From positions 104,567-168,566 of the forward strand of contig CAVVNZ010000004.1 in assembly GCA_963749735.1 (NCBI GenBank): a DNA stretch of 64,000 nucleotides. Direction: 5' to 3'. The notes under the pieces were generated by a model that was given only the letters and a program-made list of their open reading frames with translations, was not told the origin of the DNA and searched no databases. The translations under genes were made by a program, and so were the position numbers. This document shows, one piece after another, positions 1-9,274 of this stretch (positions are counted from its first letter, which is position 1; each line of letters begins with the position of its first letter). This DNA comes from an uncultured Chloroflexia bacterium. GTDB taxonomy: Bacteria > Chloroflexota > Limnocylindria > Limnocylindrales > CSP1-4.

Positions 1-1861
1 GCTCGCCGCCCTCCATCTCGAACGGCCAGCTGATCAGGTTCGTCAGTCGGTCGTACGTCGCGATCGACGGATCCAAGCCAGGGAAAAGGTCCCGCAGCCG
101 CTGCCCGACGAGCTCGTACATGGCCGACATCTCGAGCTCGCCCGAGAGCGCCGTCCCGATCTCGTTGACGATCGCGAGTTCCGCGGCCCGGCGGCGGGTC
201 TCGTCGATCAGGCGGGCGTTCTCCAGCGCGACGCTCAGGCTTGCCGCGAGCGTGTTCAGCAACTCCAGCTCCGGCCGTCCGAAGGCATGCTCCCGGTCCA
301 GGTTCTGGAGCGAGATCATCCCGGTCGGCACCCCGCCGGAGATCAGGGGCGCGAAGGCCGCGGTCTTGGGCATCTCTCCAGATAGCGGGGTGAGGGGATT
401 GTCGTATTCGGCGGCCTGCCGGTCGACGTCGTCGACCAGGAGCGGCTGGGCGGTGCGAAGCACGTGTCGCCGGAACCCGTACGGAACCACCGACTCGTCG
501 GGGAACCGGACACCGCGCTCGATGGTGTACGGGAAGTGGAGCAGGTCCGACTCCCGGTCATAGTTCGCGATGTCGACCACGTGGGTGTCGAAGATCTCGG
601 CGATCTTGTCGCCGACCAGGTCGTACATCGCCTGCATGTCGAGCTCGGCAGCCAGGCCCGCCTGGACGCTGTTGATGACCGCCAGCTCGGCGTTGCGCTG
701 ACGCGTCTGGTCGAGGAGGCGAGCGTTCTCGAGCGCCACGCTCAGGCTGGCCGTGAGGGTCGCGAGCAGGTCCAGGTCCGCCCGATCGAAGGCGTGCGCT
801 CGGTCGAGGTTCTGGAGCGAGATCACGCCGATCGATCGACCGCCGGAGATCAGGGGAGCGAACACGAGGGACTTCGCCGGCTCACCCTGCAACGGAACCG
901 AAGGGTTCTGGTACTCCGCCGCCTGGCGTTCGAAGTCATCGATCAGCAGCGGCTCACCGCTCTCGAGGACATGTCGTCGGAACCCGAACGGGATCACCGG
1001 CTCGTCGGGGAACCGGACACCGCGCTCGATGGTGTACGGGAAATGGAGCAGGTCCGCCTCGGCGTCGTAGATCCCGATATCCACGACCTGGGTGTCGAAG
1101 ATCTCGGCGATCTTGTCGCCGACCAGGTCGTACATCGCCTGCATGTCGAGCTCGGCGGCGAGGCCACCCTGGACGCTGTTGATGACCGCCAGCTCGGCGT
1201 TGCGCTGGCGCGTCTCCTCGATCGCCCGCGCCCGACTGAGGGCGGTCGCGACGTGCTGGCCGACGAATGCCAGCAGGTCGACGTCGGCGTCTGAGTAGCG
1301 CCGCCCCGGCTCGTAGGTCTGGACGACGAGCACACCGAGCCTCTGGTCTTCCGCCACGAGCGGGACCCCGAGCCAGTCCTCGGCCGGCGCGCCCAGCCGA
1401 TCGATCTCACCGTCGGCGATGAGCGCTTCCCAGCGCTCGAGGGTGAGGTGCGCCGGGCGCCCGGTTCGAAGCACGTACGCCGTCGTGCCACGAGCCTGGC
1501 CGGTCCCGATCGGCTCCCATGACCCGGGCGCCGGGAAGTCCACGTCGACGGAGTCGACGGCGTACGGGTAGTCCATCGTCTGATGCTCGTCGTCGTAGAG
1601 CGCGATGTAGAAGTTGTCCGCGTCCATCAGCTCGCCGACGATCCGGTGGATCGCCGGGTAGAACTCGGCCATGTCGTGGACGCCGCTCGCGGCATCGGCG
1701 ATCCGGTAGAGCGCGTCCTGGATCTTCAGCGCGCGTTCGCGATCCGCCTCCAACGCTTCGAGCTCGGCGATGCGCGCTCGAAGGGCGGCTCGGTCATCGG
1801 TCGAGCCCGTCGCCGCCGACGTGGAGCGCTTTCGCTTGCCGGACCCGCGCTTGTCAGGCAT
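1..1861 (-). CDS. multi-GAF-domain signalling protein, N-terminal part (C-terminus lies beyond the window start)
   Basis: My own reverse-strand translation from the ATG at 1861 (MPDKRGSGKRKRSTSAATGS..ALYRIADAASGVHDMAEFYPAIHRIVGELMDADNFYIALYD..) stays open to position 1. It has at least three GAF-like modules, each ending ..ISLQNLDR.HAF....L.LL..LA.SLSVALENARL. The ORF track omits it because it runs off the edge. The listed + ORF 464..1294 is its antisense. Confidence 0.8.
   Translation of the reverse strand, partial: MPDKRGSGKRKRSTSAATGSTDDRAALRARIAELEALEADRERALKIQDALYRIADAASGVHDMAEFYPAIHRIVGELMDADNFYIALYDDEHQTMDYPYAVDSVDVDFPAPGSWEPIGTGQARGTTAYVLRTGRPAHLTLERWEALIADGEIDRLGAPAEDWLGVPLVAEDQRLGVLVVQTYEPGRRYSDADVDLLAFVGQHVATALSRARAIEETRQRNAELAVINSVQGGLAAELDMQAMYDLVGDKIAEIFDTQVVDIGIYDAEADLLHFPYTIERGVRFPDEPVIPFGFRRHVLESGEPLLIDDFERQAAEYQNPSVPLQGEPAKSLVFAPLISGGRSIGVISLQNLDRAHAFDRADLDLLATLTASLSVALENARLLDQTRQRNAELAVINSVQAGLAAELDMQAMYDLVGDKIAEIFDTHVVDIANYDRESDLLHFPYTIERGVRFPDESVVPYGFRRHVLRTAQPLLVDDVDRQAAEYDNPLTPLSGEMPKTAAFAPLISGGVPTGMISLQNLDREHAFGRPELELLNTLAASLSVALENARLIDETRRRAAELAIVNEIGTALSGELEMSAMYELVGQRLRDLFPGLDPSIATYDRLTNLISWPFEMEGGE
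313..1207. repeat. tandem intragenic repeat, period 507 bp (GAF module duplication)
   Basis: Near-identical stretches at a constant 507-bp offset: 494-548 vs 1001-1055, 583-700 vs 1090-1207, and 313-356 vs 820-863. An example shared string is ggtgtcgaagatctcggcgatcttgtcgccgaccaggtcgtacatcgcctgcatgtcgagctcggc. Confidence 0.8.
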
Positions 1862-1872
1862 CAGCCGGGCCG

Positions 1873-3267
1873 TCAGGACCGTTCGAGGTAGCGTTCGCGA
1901 TCCCAGGGATGGACGACCGCATCGTAGGTGGCCTGCTCGACTCGGGCGGCGTTGAGGTAGTGGTCGACGACATCCTGGCCGAAGATCTCGACCGCCGCTT
2001 CCGAGCGCTCCGTCGCCTGGATCGCCTCCCACAGCGCTCGCGGCATCCGGTCGCAACCGGTCGCGACGTAGCCGTTGCCCTTGTACTCGGCCGGCGGCGC
2101 CACCTTGTGGCGGATCCCGTAGAGCCCGGCGCCGACGAACGCGGCGTACGTCAGGTACGCATTCATGTCGCCGCCCGGGAACCGGCACTCGACGTGGAGC
2201 GCGGGTCCGTTGCCGACGACCCGGAACCCCGTCGTGCGGTTGTCCCGGCCCCAGACCACGTTGACCGGGGCCCAGCTCAACGCGGCGAAGCGCTTGTACG
2301 AGTTGATGTTCGGCGCGAAGAAGATCGCCAGCTCCCGGGCGAGCTGCATCATCCCGCCCATGAACTGCGCCATCGTCGTCGACATCCCGTACGGTCCGTC
2401 CGCCTTCGGGTCGTGGGTCAGCGACTTCGTTCCATCGTCGTTCCAGATGCTCATGTGGAGATGGCCCGACGAGCCCGTCCAGCGATGGTCGGGCTTGGCC
2501 ATGAAGGTGATCCCCCAGCCGTTGAGGTAGGCGATCTCCTTGGCGCCGTGCTTGAAGATCACGCTCCGGTCGGCCGACTCGAGGACCTCGTCGTAGCGGA
2601 TGTTGACCTCGTGCTGGCCGGGCGCCGCCTCACCCTTGCTGAACTCGATCGGGATGCGCGCTTCGGTCATCTGGTTGCGCAGCAGCCGGTGGAGCGGTTC
2701 GGCCTTGGTCGCCTGGAGGAGATGGTAGTCCTCGTTGTACGTCCCGAACGGCTCGGGCACGGCCCAGCCCGAGCGGTGCTGGTCCTCCCAGCTCGTCCGC
2801 AGGACGTAGTACTCGAACTCCGAACCGGCCTTGATGACATAGCCGGCGTCGGCGGCCGCGGCGACCTGGCGCTTGAGGATCGTCCGGGGCGAGACCGGGA
2901 TCTCCGTGTGGGTCGCCTCATCGATCGTGTCGGACAGGACGAGGGCGGTCTTGTCGAGCCACGGGACTACCCGGAGGGTGTCCCAGACCGGTGAGGCGAT
3001 CCAGTCCCCGTAGCCGGTCTCCCAGTTCATCAGGCGGAAGCCCTCGGGCGTGTTCATCTCCATGTCCGTCCCGAGGAGGTAGGTGCAGAAATGCGCGCCG
3101 TGGTCGATGACCCCGTTGAGGAACGCCTGGGCCTGGACGCGCTTGCCCATCAGCCGGCCCTGCATGTCGGTGATCGCGACGATCAGCGTGTCGATCTGGC
3201 CGTCGCGGACCTGCGCCTCGAGCTCCTCGAGCCGCGGGTGCTTGGCATGACCGTGGTCCTTGCTCAT
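1873..3267 (-). CDS. glutamine synthetase family protein (gamma-glutamyl-amine ligase type, GlnA3/GlnA4/PuuA-like)
   Basis: 464-aa ORF with a GS catalytic-domain pattern (..SEFEYYVL.., GQHEVNIRY, HLHMSIW, NSYKRF, VECRFPGGDMNAYL). It stops 11 nt before the GAF gene start. Confidence 0.85.
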   Translation of the reverse strand: MSKDHGHAKHPRLEELEAQVRDGQIDTLIVAITDMQGRLMGKRVQAQAFLNGVIDHGAHFCTYLLGTDMEMNTPEGFRLMNWETGYGDWIASPVWDTLRVVPWLDKTALVLSDTIDEATHTEIPVSPRTILKRQVAAAADAGYVIKAGSEFEYYVLRTSWEDQHRSGWAVPEPFGTYNEDYHLLQATKAEPLHRLLRNQMTEARIPIEFSKGEAAPGQHEVNIRYDEVLESADRSVIFKHGAKEIAYLNGWGITFMAKPDHRWTGSSGHLHMSIWNDDGTKSLTHDPKADGPYGMSTTMAQFMGGMMQLARELAIFFAPNINSYKRFAALSWAPVNVVWGRDNRTTGFRVVGNGPALHVECRFPGGDMNAYLTYAAFVGAGLYGIRHKVAPPAEYKGNGYVATGCDRMPRALWEAIQATERSEAAVEIFGQDVVDHYLNAARVEQATYDAVVHPWDRERYLERS

Positions 3268-3405
3268 CGTCGACTCCTCGCGCGGGGCTCGAGAGATGCG
3301 GAAGCGGGTGGAGGGCCGACCGAACGAGCGGCCGACCCTCCGATGCTACGAGTCTCGACGCCGCCGCGCGAGGCGGTGGCGCGGTCCGGTGGCTCCTCTA
3401 GCGGC

Positions 3406-5085
3406 TCAGATCTGGCTGGCGGCCTGGTCGAACTCGCGCTCGAGCTCGGTCAGGTCGGCCTCGACCCCCTGGACCTGCGGTCCCTTGAACCGCTGCCTGG
3501 CCCAGCCGAAGTAGTAGACCAGCAGGAGGACGATGGTGACGACCATGAACGGGAACGAGATGTTGCCCGAGGTCGGGAAGCTGAACAGGATCATCAGGAC
3601 GATGACCCAGAAGACGGCGAGCCAGGCGACCGGCTTGGAGAACCGACCGAGGCTCCAGACCCGGAACTTGAGCCAGTCCGTGGTGGTCGCCCCGAGGTAG
3701 ATGACCACGCCGTACGCGGCGTACAGGAAGATCGTGCTGATGGCCGTGACGATCACGATCGCCGTCCCGCCGCCGACGATACCCGCGGCCACGGTGAACA
3801 GCCAGGCGACCACCACGATGGCGGTCAACGAGTTGGCCGGCGTCCGATAGCGGTGCGACACCTTCTTCAGCCAGCCGGATCCCGGGATCCCGTCATCGCG
3901 ACTGAAGGCGAACAGCATCCGCCCGGCGGCCGCGACCGAGGCGAGGCCGCAGAACGACATGGCGATCGCGATCCCCGCCGCGAGAAGGTCGCCCATCCCC
4001 GCGCCGAGGATGATGATGCTGTTGAGGTTGTACTGGAGGATGGCGATGACGGCCACGCCCCCGCCGAAGTAGTACTGGCTCGCGGTCGCCTGGACGGGGG
4101 TATCGAGGGACTGCGGGAACAGGTCGCCAAGGCCGGGCAAGTGGGTCGTCAGGGCGAGCAGGAAGATGAAGCCGACGACGGCCGACACGGCGACCGACAG
4201 GAACACGCCCCAGGCGCTCGACATCCGGGCGCCGACGGTCTCCTCGGCCACGTGCGCCGACGCGTCGTAGCCGGTATACGTCCAGTTCGCGAGGAGGAGC
4301 GAGAAGAAGAACGCCAGGACGAGCGGATACGAGATCGCCGGTCCGTACTTCAGGCTGATGGGTCCGATGTCGTTGTTCCAGGAACCCGCCACGTCCTGCG
4401 GCTGGATCTTGAACAGCGTCAGTCCGCTGATGTCCGGTTTGCCGACCACGAAGATCAGGATGACCACGGCGGCGACGATGCCGATGTGCCACCACACGCT
4501 CACCTGGTTCAGGATCGCGACCAGGTTGATGCCGGCGATGTTGAGCGCCAGCTCCACGAGCATCAGGATGCCCATCGTCAGGAGCTGCCCGGTCAGCCAT
4601 GACTGCCCGAAGACCAGGGTCGTGTTCTGGTAGTCGATCGAGGCGTTCGCCAGGAGCGGCGTGATGATCGTCGCGTTCAGGAACGCTGCCGCCGCGAAAT
4701 TGATCCCGGCGACGATCGCGAACTGGCCGATCAGGTTCAGCCAGGCGGTCCACCAGCCCCAGCGATTGTTCTTCATCTTGCTGGCCCAGTAGTACAACCC
4801 GCCGGCCGTCGGGTAGGCCGAGGCGATCTCGGCCATCGATGCCGCGATCAGCAGGACGAACACGGTGACCAGCGGCCAGCCGATCAGGACCGCGGCCGTG
4901 CCGCCCCACGCCAGGCCGTAGTCGTACAGGATGACCGCGCCGGTCAGGATCGAGATGATCGAGAAGCTGATCGCGAAGTTGGAGAACCCGCCCATCGTCC
5001 GATAGAGCTCCTGGGCGTATCCCAGCCCGTGGAGGTCCTTGACGTCCTGGGCGATCTGGTCGTCCCGAGATTTCTGCTGGGTCAT
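3406..5085 (-). CDS. APC-superfamily amino acid/polyamine permease
   Basis: 559-aa ORF, polytopic and hydrophobic, with an APC-like N-terminus (LYRTMGGFSNFAISFSIISILTGA). GAGGGAGAG lies upstream of the ATG. Confidence 0.85.
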   Translation of the reverse strand: MTQQKSRDDQIAQDVKDLHGLGYAQELYRTMGGFSNFAISFSIISILTGAVILYDYGLAWGGTAAVLIGWPLVTVFVLLIAASMAEIASAYPTAGGLYYWASKMKNNRWGWWTAWLNLIGQFAIVAGINFAAAAFLNATIITPLLANASIDYQNTTLVFGQSWLTGQLLTMGILMLVELALNIAGINLVAILNQVSVWWHIGIVAAVVILIFVVGKPDISGLTLFKIQPQDVAGSWNNDIGPISLKYGPAISYPLVLAFFFSLLLANWTYTGYDASAHVAEETVGARMSSAWGVFLSVAVSAVVGFIFLLALTTHLPGLGDLFPQSLDTPVQATASQYYFGGGVAVIAILQYNLNSIIILGAGMGDLLAAGIAIAMSFCGLASVAAAGRMLFAFSRDDGIPGSGWLKKVSHRYRTPANSLTAIVVVAWLFTVAAGIVGGGTAIVIVTAISTIFLYAAYGVVIYLGATTTDWLKFRVWSLGRFSKPVAWLAVFWVIVLMILFSFPTSGNISFPFMVVTIVLLLVYYFGWARQRFKGPQVQGVEADLTELEREFDQAASQI

Positions 5086-5401
5086 CGATACTCTCCCTCA
5101 CCATCGAACCCGGGCCGGACGGTACGGACCGGCTCACGGGACCGGCAGCCCCTCCCTCAAGGAGCTCCGGCTCGAACAGACCCCGACCACGGACGGGTGT
5201 GGTCGGGTCGCGGGGATCGGATGCGAACGACGACGGACGCGGGCTCGGTCGCGGGCCCTCCTTTCGGACGCCAGCCCCGGGCGGCGGCGCCTGATGCGCG
5301 GGCGAACGATGGCGGGCACGATACTCCACGCATCGGCGCTGGCATAGGGGGTGGCACGGTGCGGTCCGGTGGGATCGTCCGGGTGCCGTACGATCGGACC
5401 C

Positions 5402-6565
5402 ATGGATGACACCACGCTCCCCATCCTCGAGGTCGGCGGGGTCCTCCTCGCCGCCGCGGCAGCGGGATTCCTCGGTCGGCGCGTGGGCCTGCCGGCGGTC
5501 GTCGGCTACCTCGTCGTCGGGCTGCTCGTCTCGCCGTTCACCCCGGGCTACGTCGCCGACCACCACCAGCTCGTGCTGCTGGCGGACCTCGGCGTCGTCC
5601 TGCTCCTGTTCGAGGTCGGGATCGAGGTCGATCTCGGCCGGCTCCGCGCCGAGCGGTCGACGCTGCTGTGGGTCGCGCCGGGGCAGACGGTCGTGACCAC
5701 CGTCATCGCGTGCGCCGCCTTCCTGCTGGCCGGCCTCGAACCTACGGGTGCAGCCCTGCTCGGGCTGGCCGTCGCCCTCTCGTCGAGCGTGGTGATCGTC
5801 AATATCGCCCGAAGCCGGCGCCGGACGACCGATCCGGCCACCGAGCACCTGCTCGTCGGCTGGGGCGTCCTCCAAGACGTGACCGGCGTCCTCATCGCGA
5901 TCGTCCTCCTGGCCGTGATCGGCACGGGCCGGCCACTCGGCGAGTCGATCCTCGGGCTCGCGGCGTTCGGCCTCCTCGTCGTTGCGGCCGCCGCGATCCT
6001 GCCGCTCGTCCTCGTGCGGCTGCGGGCCGAGCACGACCTGTTCCTGCTCGTCTCGGTCGCGACCGGGCTGGCGCTCGCCGGTGCCGGGGCCATCCTCGCC
6101 GGGGTCCCGATCGCGCTCGCCGCGTTCATCGCCGGCCTCGCGATCACGGACAGCCCGGATGCCGCCGAGGCGCGTCGACGGCTCCTGCCGTTCCGTGACG
6201 TGTTCGCGGTGTTCTTCTTCGTGTCGATCGGGACCCTGCTCGATCCCGAGGCGATCGCCCGCGGCCTGCCCTGGCTCGCGCTGACGCTCGGCCTGGTCGT
6301 CGTCGCGAAGTCGATCCTGGCGTACGGGCTCGTCCGCCTCACCGATCTCGACGGGAGCCCGCTCCACGTCGCGGTGGGGCTGGGGCAGATCGGCGAGTTC
6401 AGCTTCGTCCTGGCATCCGTGGCGCTGGCGCGTGGGGCGATCGGTCCGGAGGTGTTCGCGGCCGTGCTCGCCGCGGTCGCCGCATCGATCGCCGGCTCGA
6501 CCATCCTCGTCCGGCTGATCCCACGTCGGGTCGCGCCGGTCGCCGCGCGGGCGACCGAGGCCTGA
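5402..6565 (+). CDS. cation:proton antiporter (CPA2/Kef-like membrane domain)
   Basis: Within ORF 5351..6565. I chose the internal ATG at 5402 (MDDTTLPILEVGGVLLAAAAAGFLGRRVGLPAVVGYLVVGLLVSPFTPG), a typical CPA2 N-terminus. Confidence 0.8.
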   Translation: MDDTTLPILEVGGVLLAAAAAGFLGRRVGLPAVVGYLVVGLLVSPFTPGYVADHHQLVLLADLGVVLLLFEVGIEVDLGRLRAERSTLLWVAPGQTVVTTVIACAAFLLAGLEPTGAALLGLAVALSSSVVIVNIARSRRRTTDPATEHLLVGWGVLQDVTGVLIAIVLLAVIGTGRPLGESILGLAAFGLLVVAAAAILPLVLVRLRAEHDLFLLVSVATGLALAGAGAILAGVPIALAAFIAGLAITDSPDAAEARRRLLPFRDVFAVFFFVSIGTLLDPEAIARGLPWLALTLGLVVVAKSILAYGLVRLTDLDGSPLHVAVGLGQIGEFSFVLASVALARGAIGPEVFAAVLAAVAASIAGSTILVRLIPRRVAPVAARATEA

Positions 6566-6568
6566 CGG

Positions 6569-7351
6569 TCAGTAGATCAGGGTCGCGTCCGTCGGGAAGC
6601 TGAACTCGAAGATCGTCGGCGGGAGTGGCGCGTCGGGCGCGAGCTCCACCGCGACGGCGTCCCGGGTGGTCCCGCCACCGATGGTCTCGGTCAAGCGGAC
6701 GATCACCCCGGTGTCACGGTCGAACGCCACCGCGAGGTGGTGATCCGGGCGGTCCGCGGCGATCCCGATCGTCCTGGGGTGATCGCACTCGACGACGATC
6801 GCCTCGCGCTCGGCGACGGACGCCGTCCCGGACACCCAGCAGCGACCGGTAGCGAGGACGTTCTGGCAGAAGCCCGCCGGGTGGACGAACGTGTCGGGGA
6901 GGGTCTCCTTCGGCAGGGCGGTCAGCGGCCGGTAGACGGTCGACATCCCGGGCAGATCGGGGTCCTCGAGCCCCACGACCGCGCGGCGGACCGGTCGCTC
7001 GGTGCCGAGTCGGTGCGGTGCCGAGTAGGTCCGGACCGTCTCACCGTCGGACACCCAGGTCTCGTACGCTCCGGCCACGCCGAGACTCGGCTGCGTCATC
7101 GTCACGCGAGCCTGACCCGGGTGGCGGATCGCCGTCTCGATCACGCTGACGTGCTCGCCGCGCGTCGTCCATGTCCGCTCCTCGATCCGCAGCCGGAGCG
7201 TCTCGAAGCGGAGCTCGGCATCCCGGGCGAAGGTGAACAGCGTGTCGACGCTCGGAAGCCCGTCCGGCAGGCTGGCGAGCTCGGGCCGATCCCGGCCGTC
7301 GATCCGATCGGGCGGGCTGGCGGCGCGATCCCACAGGCGGGGCGATGACAT
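6569..7351 (-). CDS. hypothetical protein (soluble, beta-rich)
   Basis: ORF 6569..7447 trimmed to the internal ATG (MSSPRLWDR..). Composition is protein-like and GC3 is high. I recognise no motif. Confidence 0.55.
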   Translation of the reverse strand: MSSPRLWDRAASPPDRIDGRDRPELASLPDGLPSVDTLFTFARDAELRFETLRLRIEERTWTTRGEHVSVIETAIRHPGQARVTMTQPSLGVAGAYETWVSDGETVRTYSAPHRLGTERPVRRAVVGLEDPDLPGMSTVYRPLTALPKETLPDTFVHPAGFCQNVLATGRCWVSGTASVAEREAIVVECDHPRTIGIAADRPDHHLAVAFDRDTGVIVRLTETIGGGTTRDAVAVELAPDAPLPPTIFEFSFPTDATLIY

Positions 7352-7423
7352 CGGCCGGATTGTAGCGGCTCCGTCGGCCCGGTCGCGCCGCCCCGTCCGC
7401 GCTGCCGATGATCCGTCGACCGC

Positions 7424-7468
7424 TTGACACGGCCCGATGCCGGGCATATATATCGCATGACGATATAT
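7424..7468 (+). promoter_or_regulatory. sigma70-like promoter with overlapping palindromic operator upstream of the PadR operon
   Basis: TTGACA (7424-7429), a 17-nt spacer, then TATATA (7447-7452). A perfect inverted repeat ATATATCG-CATGA-CGATATAT (7448-7468) overlaps the -10 box. This is the most AT-rich spot in the window. Confidence 0.55.
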
Positions 7469-7517
7469 CGTGCCACGAGTGTCGTGCGCCGACCGATGAC
7501 CGAACGGAGGATCTGGG

Positions 7518-7838
7518 ATGAGCGGTGGTCTGACCGAGTTGGGGCGGTTCGCCGAACCCTCGCTCTATGTCCTCGTCTCGCTCAGCGACGGACCCAAGCA
7601 CGGGTACGCGATCATGACCGACGTCGAGGCCCTGTCCGGCACGCCGCTGGGTCCCGGGACGCTGTACGGCGTCCTCGACCGGCTTCAGCGCCGCGGCCTG
7701 ATCGAGGCGCTGCCGACCGAAGACCGCCGCCGACCGTATCGACTTACCGGGACCGGGGTGGCGACGCTCGAAGCCCAGCTGGCGAGCCTCGACGGTTTCG
7801 TGCGGACCGGGATCGCCCGGCTCGGAGAGCGCTCGTGA
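7518..7838 (+). CDS. PadR-family transcriptional regulator
   Basis: 106 aa with a winged-helix PadR pattern (PSLYVLVSLSDGPKHGYAIMTDV...GPGTLYGVLDRLQRRGLIE). GGAGGA lies upstream. Confidence 0.85.
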   Translation: MSGGLTELGRFAEPSLYVLVSLSDGPKHGYAIMTDVEALSGTPLGPGTLYGVLDRLQRRGLIEALPTEDRRRPYRLTGTGVATLEAQLASLDGFVRTGIARLGERS

Positions 7839-8479
7839 CCGGGGACGCACCAGGTCCGCAGGCGTTGCGGGCGCTCCGTCACGGGACCGCTGGACGTCTC
7901 TCGCGTCGGCAGTTGCTTCGGACGTCGCTCGCGGCCGGTCTCGGACTGTGCTTGGCGGAGGCGACCGCCGGCACCCTCGGCTTCCTGTGGCCCTCGGCCA
8001 CGCTGGCCCTGGCGAAGGTCCGGGTCGGGACCCTGGCGGACCTCGTCGCCATGAATCCGTCGCTCCCGATCGCCGACGGGTTCCCGGCGTACGTCCCCGC
8101 CGCGCGGGCGTTCGTCGTGCTGGTCGACCCGGGCCTGGGCGGGTTCCGGCCCGGCGAGGACACGAGCGGGGACGGGACCACCCTTAACGTCCGCGCCCTG
8201 TACCAGCGGTGTCCGCATCTGGGATGCCGCCCGAACCCATGTATCGAGGACTTCTGGTTCCGTTGCCCGTGTCATCAGTCGCGCTATGACCGGTTGGGGA
8301 CGAAGGCCGCGGGCGTCGCCTTCGGGCCCGCGCCGCACGGCATGGATCGTTTCGCGATCGAGGTGGACGAGGCGGGATCGCTCACCGTCGATCGGACTCG
8401 GCTGACGCTCGGACCGCTCCCGGTCGTCCTCGGTCAGCCGGGCCTGATCCCGCCGAAGGTCCCGAACGGCTGCGTATGA
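7835..8479 (+). CDS. Rieske [2Fe-2S] domain protein with twin-arginine signal
   Basis: C-terminal part of ORF 7424..8479. The GTG at 7835 overlaps the PadR stop (GTGA). Contains a Tat motif (SRRQLLRTSLAAGLG) and Rieske boxes CPHLGC and CPCH. Confidence 0.75.
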   Translation: MTGDAPGPQALRALRHGTAGRLSRRQLLRTSLAAGLGLCLAEATAGTLGFLWPSATLALAKVRVGTLADLVAMNPSLPIADGFPAYVPAARAFVVLVDPGLGGFRPGEDTSGDGTTLNVRALYQRCPHLGCRPNPCIEDFWFRCPCHQSRYDRLGTKAAGVAFGPAPHGMDRFAIEVDEAGSLTVDRTRLTLGPLPVVLGQPGLIPPKVPNGCV

Positions 8480-9222
8480 CGGATCGGCGGGATCGTGCGG
8501 AACGCAGCCGGATCTCCGCGGCACGGCTCATCGCCCTCTATCCGCACGCCTGGCGGGAGCGCTACGAAGAGGAGTTCCTGGCCGTCCTGGGATCGCGCCG
8601 GGCGACCCGAGCCGATCGGATCGACATCGTCCGCGGGGCGCTCGACGCGCACCTGCACCCTGACCGGCCGTCGATCGTCCCGGGGATCGCCGCGCTCATC
8701 GGCGGCGGCCTGTGGATCCTCGGCGCGGGTCCGATCCTGGCCCTGCCTGCGCCTCCGGACTGGCCGGGCTACCTCATCGACACGCTGCCCCTGGCGCTCC
8801 TGGCCGTGCTCGCCCTGACCGTCGCGATCGTCGGGGCATGGCTCCGCCTCGACGGACGAGCCGCGCCCGCCGAGCGTCGACTCGGGGCGGTCGGCGTGAG
8901 CGTTGCGATGATCGGCCACGTGGCCTGGATCGCGTTGCTCCTCGGTGCACTCGGCGGCGTGGTCTACGGCGCACCGGTGGCCGTGGCCTCGACCCTGGCC
9001 GGTGTCGGGACCGTGTTGATCGGCGTGGCCCTGGCGCGGGTCGGAGACTGGCCCATCGCGGGGTTGCTCGTGCTCGCGCCGGTCCTGCTGGTGATCCCGC
9101 CGTCGATCGTCCCGTCGCCCGTCGCGTGGATCGCCTTCGGTGGGGCGTGGCTCCTCGTCGGCCTCGTCCAGGTGGTATCGGCGATCAGGCCGGCCGGCCC
9201 GGTCGGACCGTTGGTGGGCTGA
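8476..9222 (+). CDS. PadR-associated integral membrane protein
   Basis: 248 aa with an ATGA overlap onto the Rieske stop. A cytoplasmic N-terminal helix ([17 protein letters not shown]) is followed by about 5 TM segments. I recall this prefix from membrane proteins encoded next to PadR genes. Confidence 0.7.
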   Translation: MTDRRDRAERSRISAARLIALYPHAWRERYEEEFLAVLGSRRATRADRIDIVRGALDAHLHPDRPSIVPGIAALIGGGLWILGAGPILALPAPPDWPGYLIDTLPLALLAVLALTVAIVGAWLRLDGRAAPAERRLGAVGVSVAMIGHVAWIALLLGALGGVVYGAPVAVASTLAGVGTVLIGVALARVGDWPIAGLLVLAPVLLVIPPSIVPSPVAWIAFGGAWLLVGLVQVVSAIRPAGPVGPLVG

Positions 9223-9274
9223 TCCGCGCCCTCAGCTCGACCTCGCGGGGAAGCGCTCGACGTACACTCGGAGG

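Noticed and set aside
3311-3340. Imperfect hairpin between the permease stop and the GS-like gene start, considered as a terminator
   Set aside because: It has two mismatches and no U-tract on the transcribed (minus) strand. The genes are more likely co-transcribed.
5182-5207. 9-bp GC hairpin (CCCGACCAC / GTGGTCGGG) in the 316-bp divergent region, considered as a riboswitch or terminator
   Set aside because: It lies between two divergent gene starts, so it is not a terminator position. It has no U-tract, and the surrounding leader matches no riboswitch consensus that I know.
3893-6367. 824-aa minus-strand ORF spanning the permease and antiporter genes
   Set aside because: The translation is dominated by R, D, E, G and P runs with no motifs. 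It lies out of frame over the permease and antisense to the antiporter, both well supported. This is a typical long-ORF artefact of stop-codon-poor high-GC DNA.
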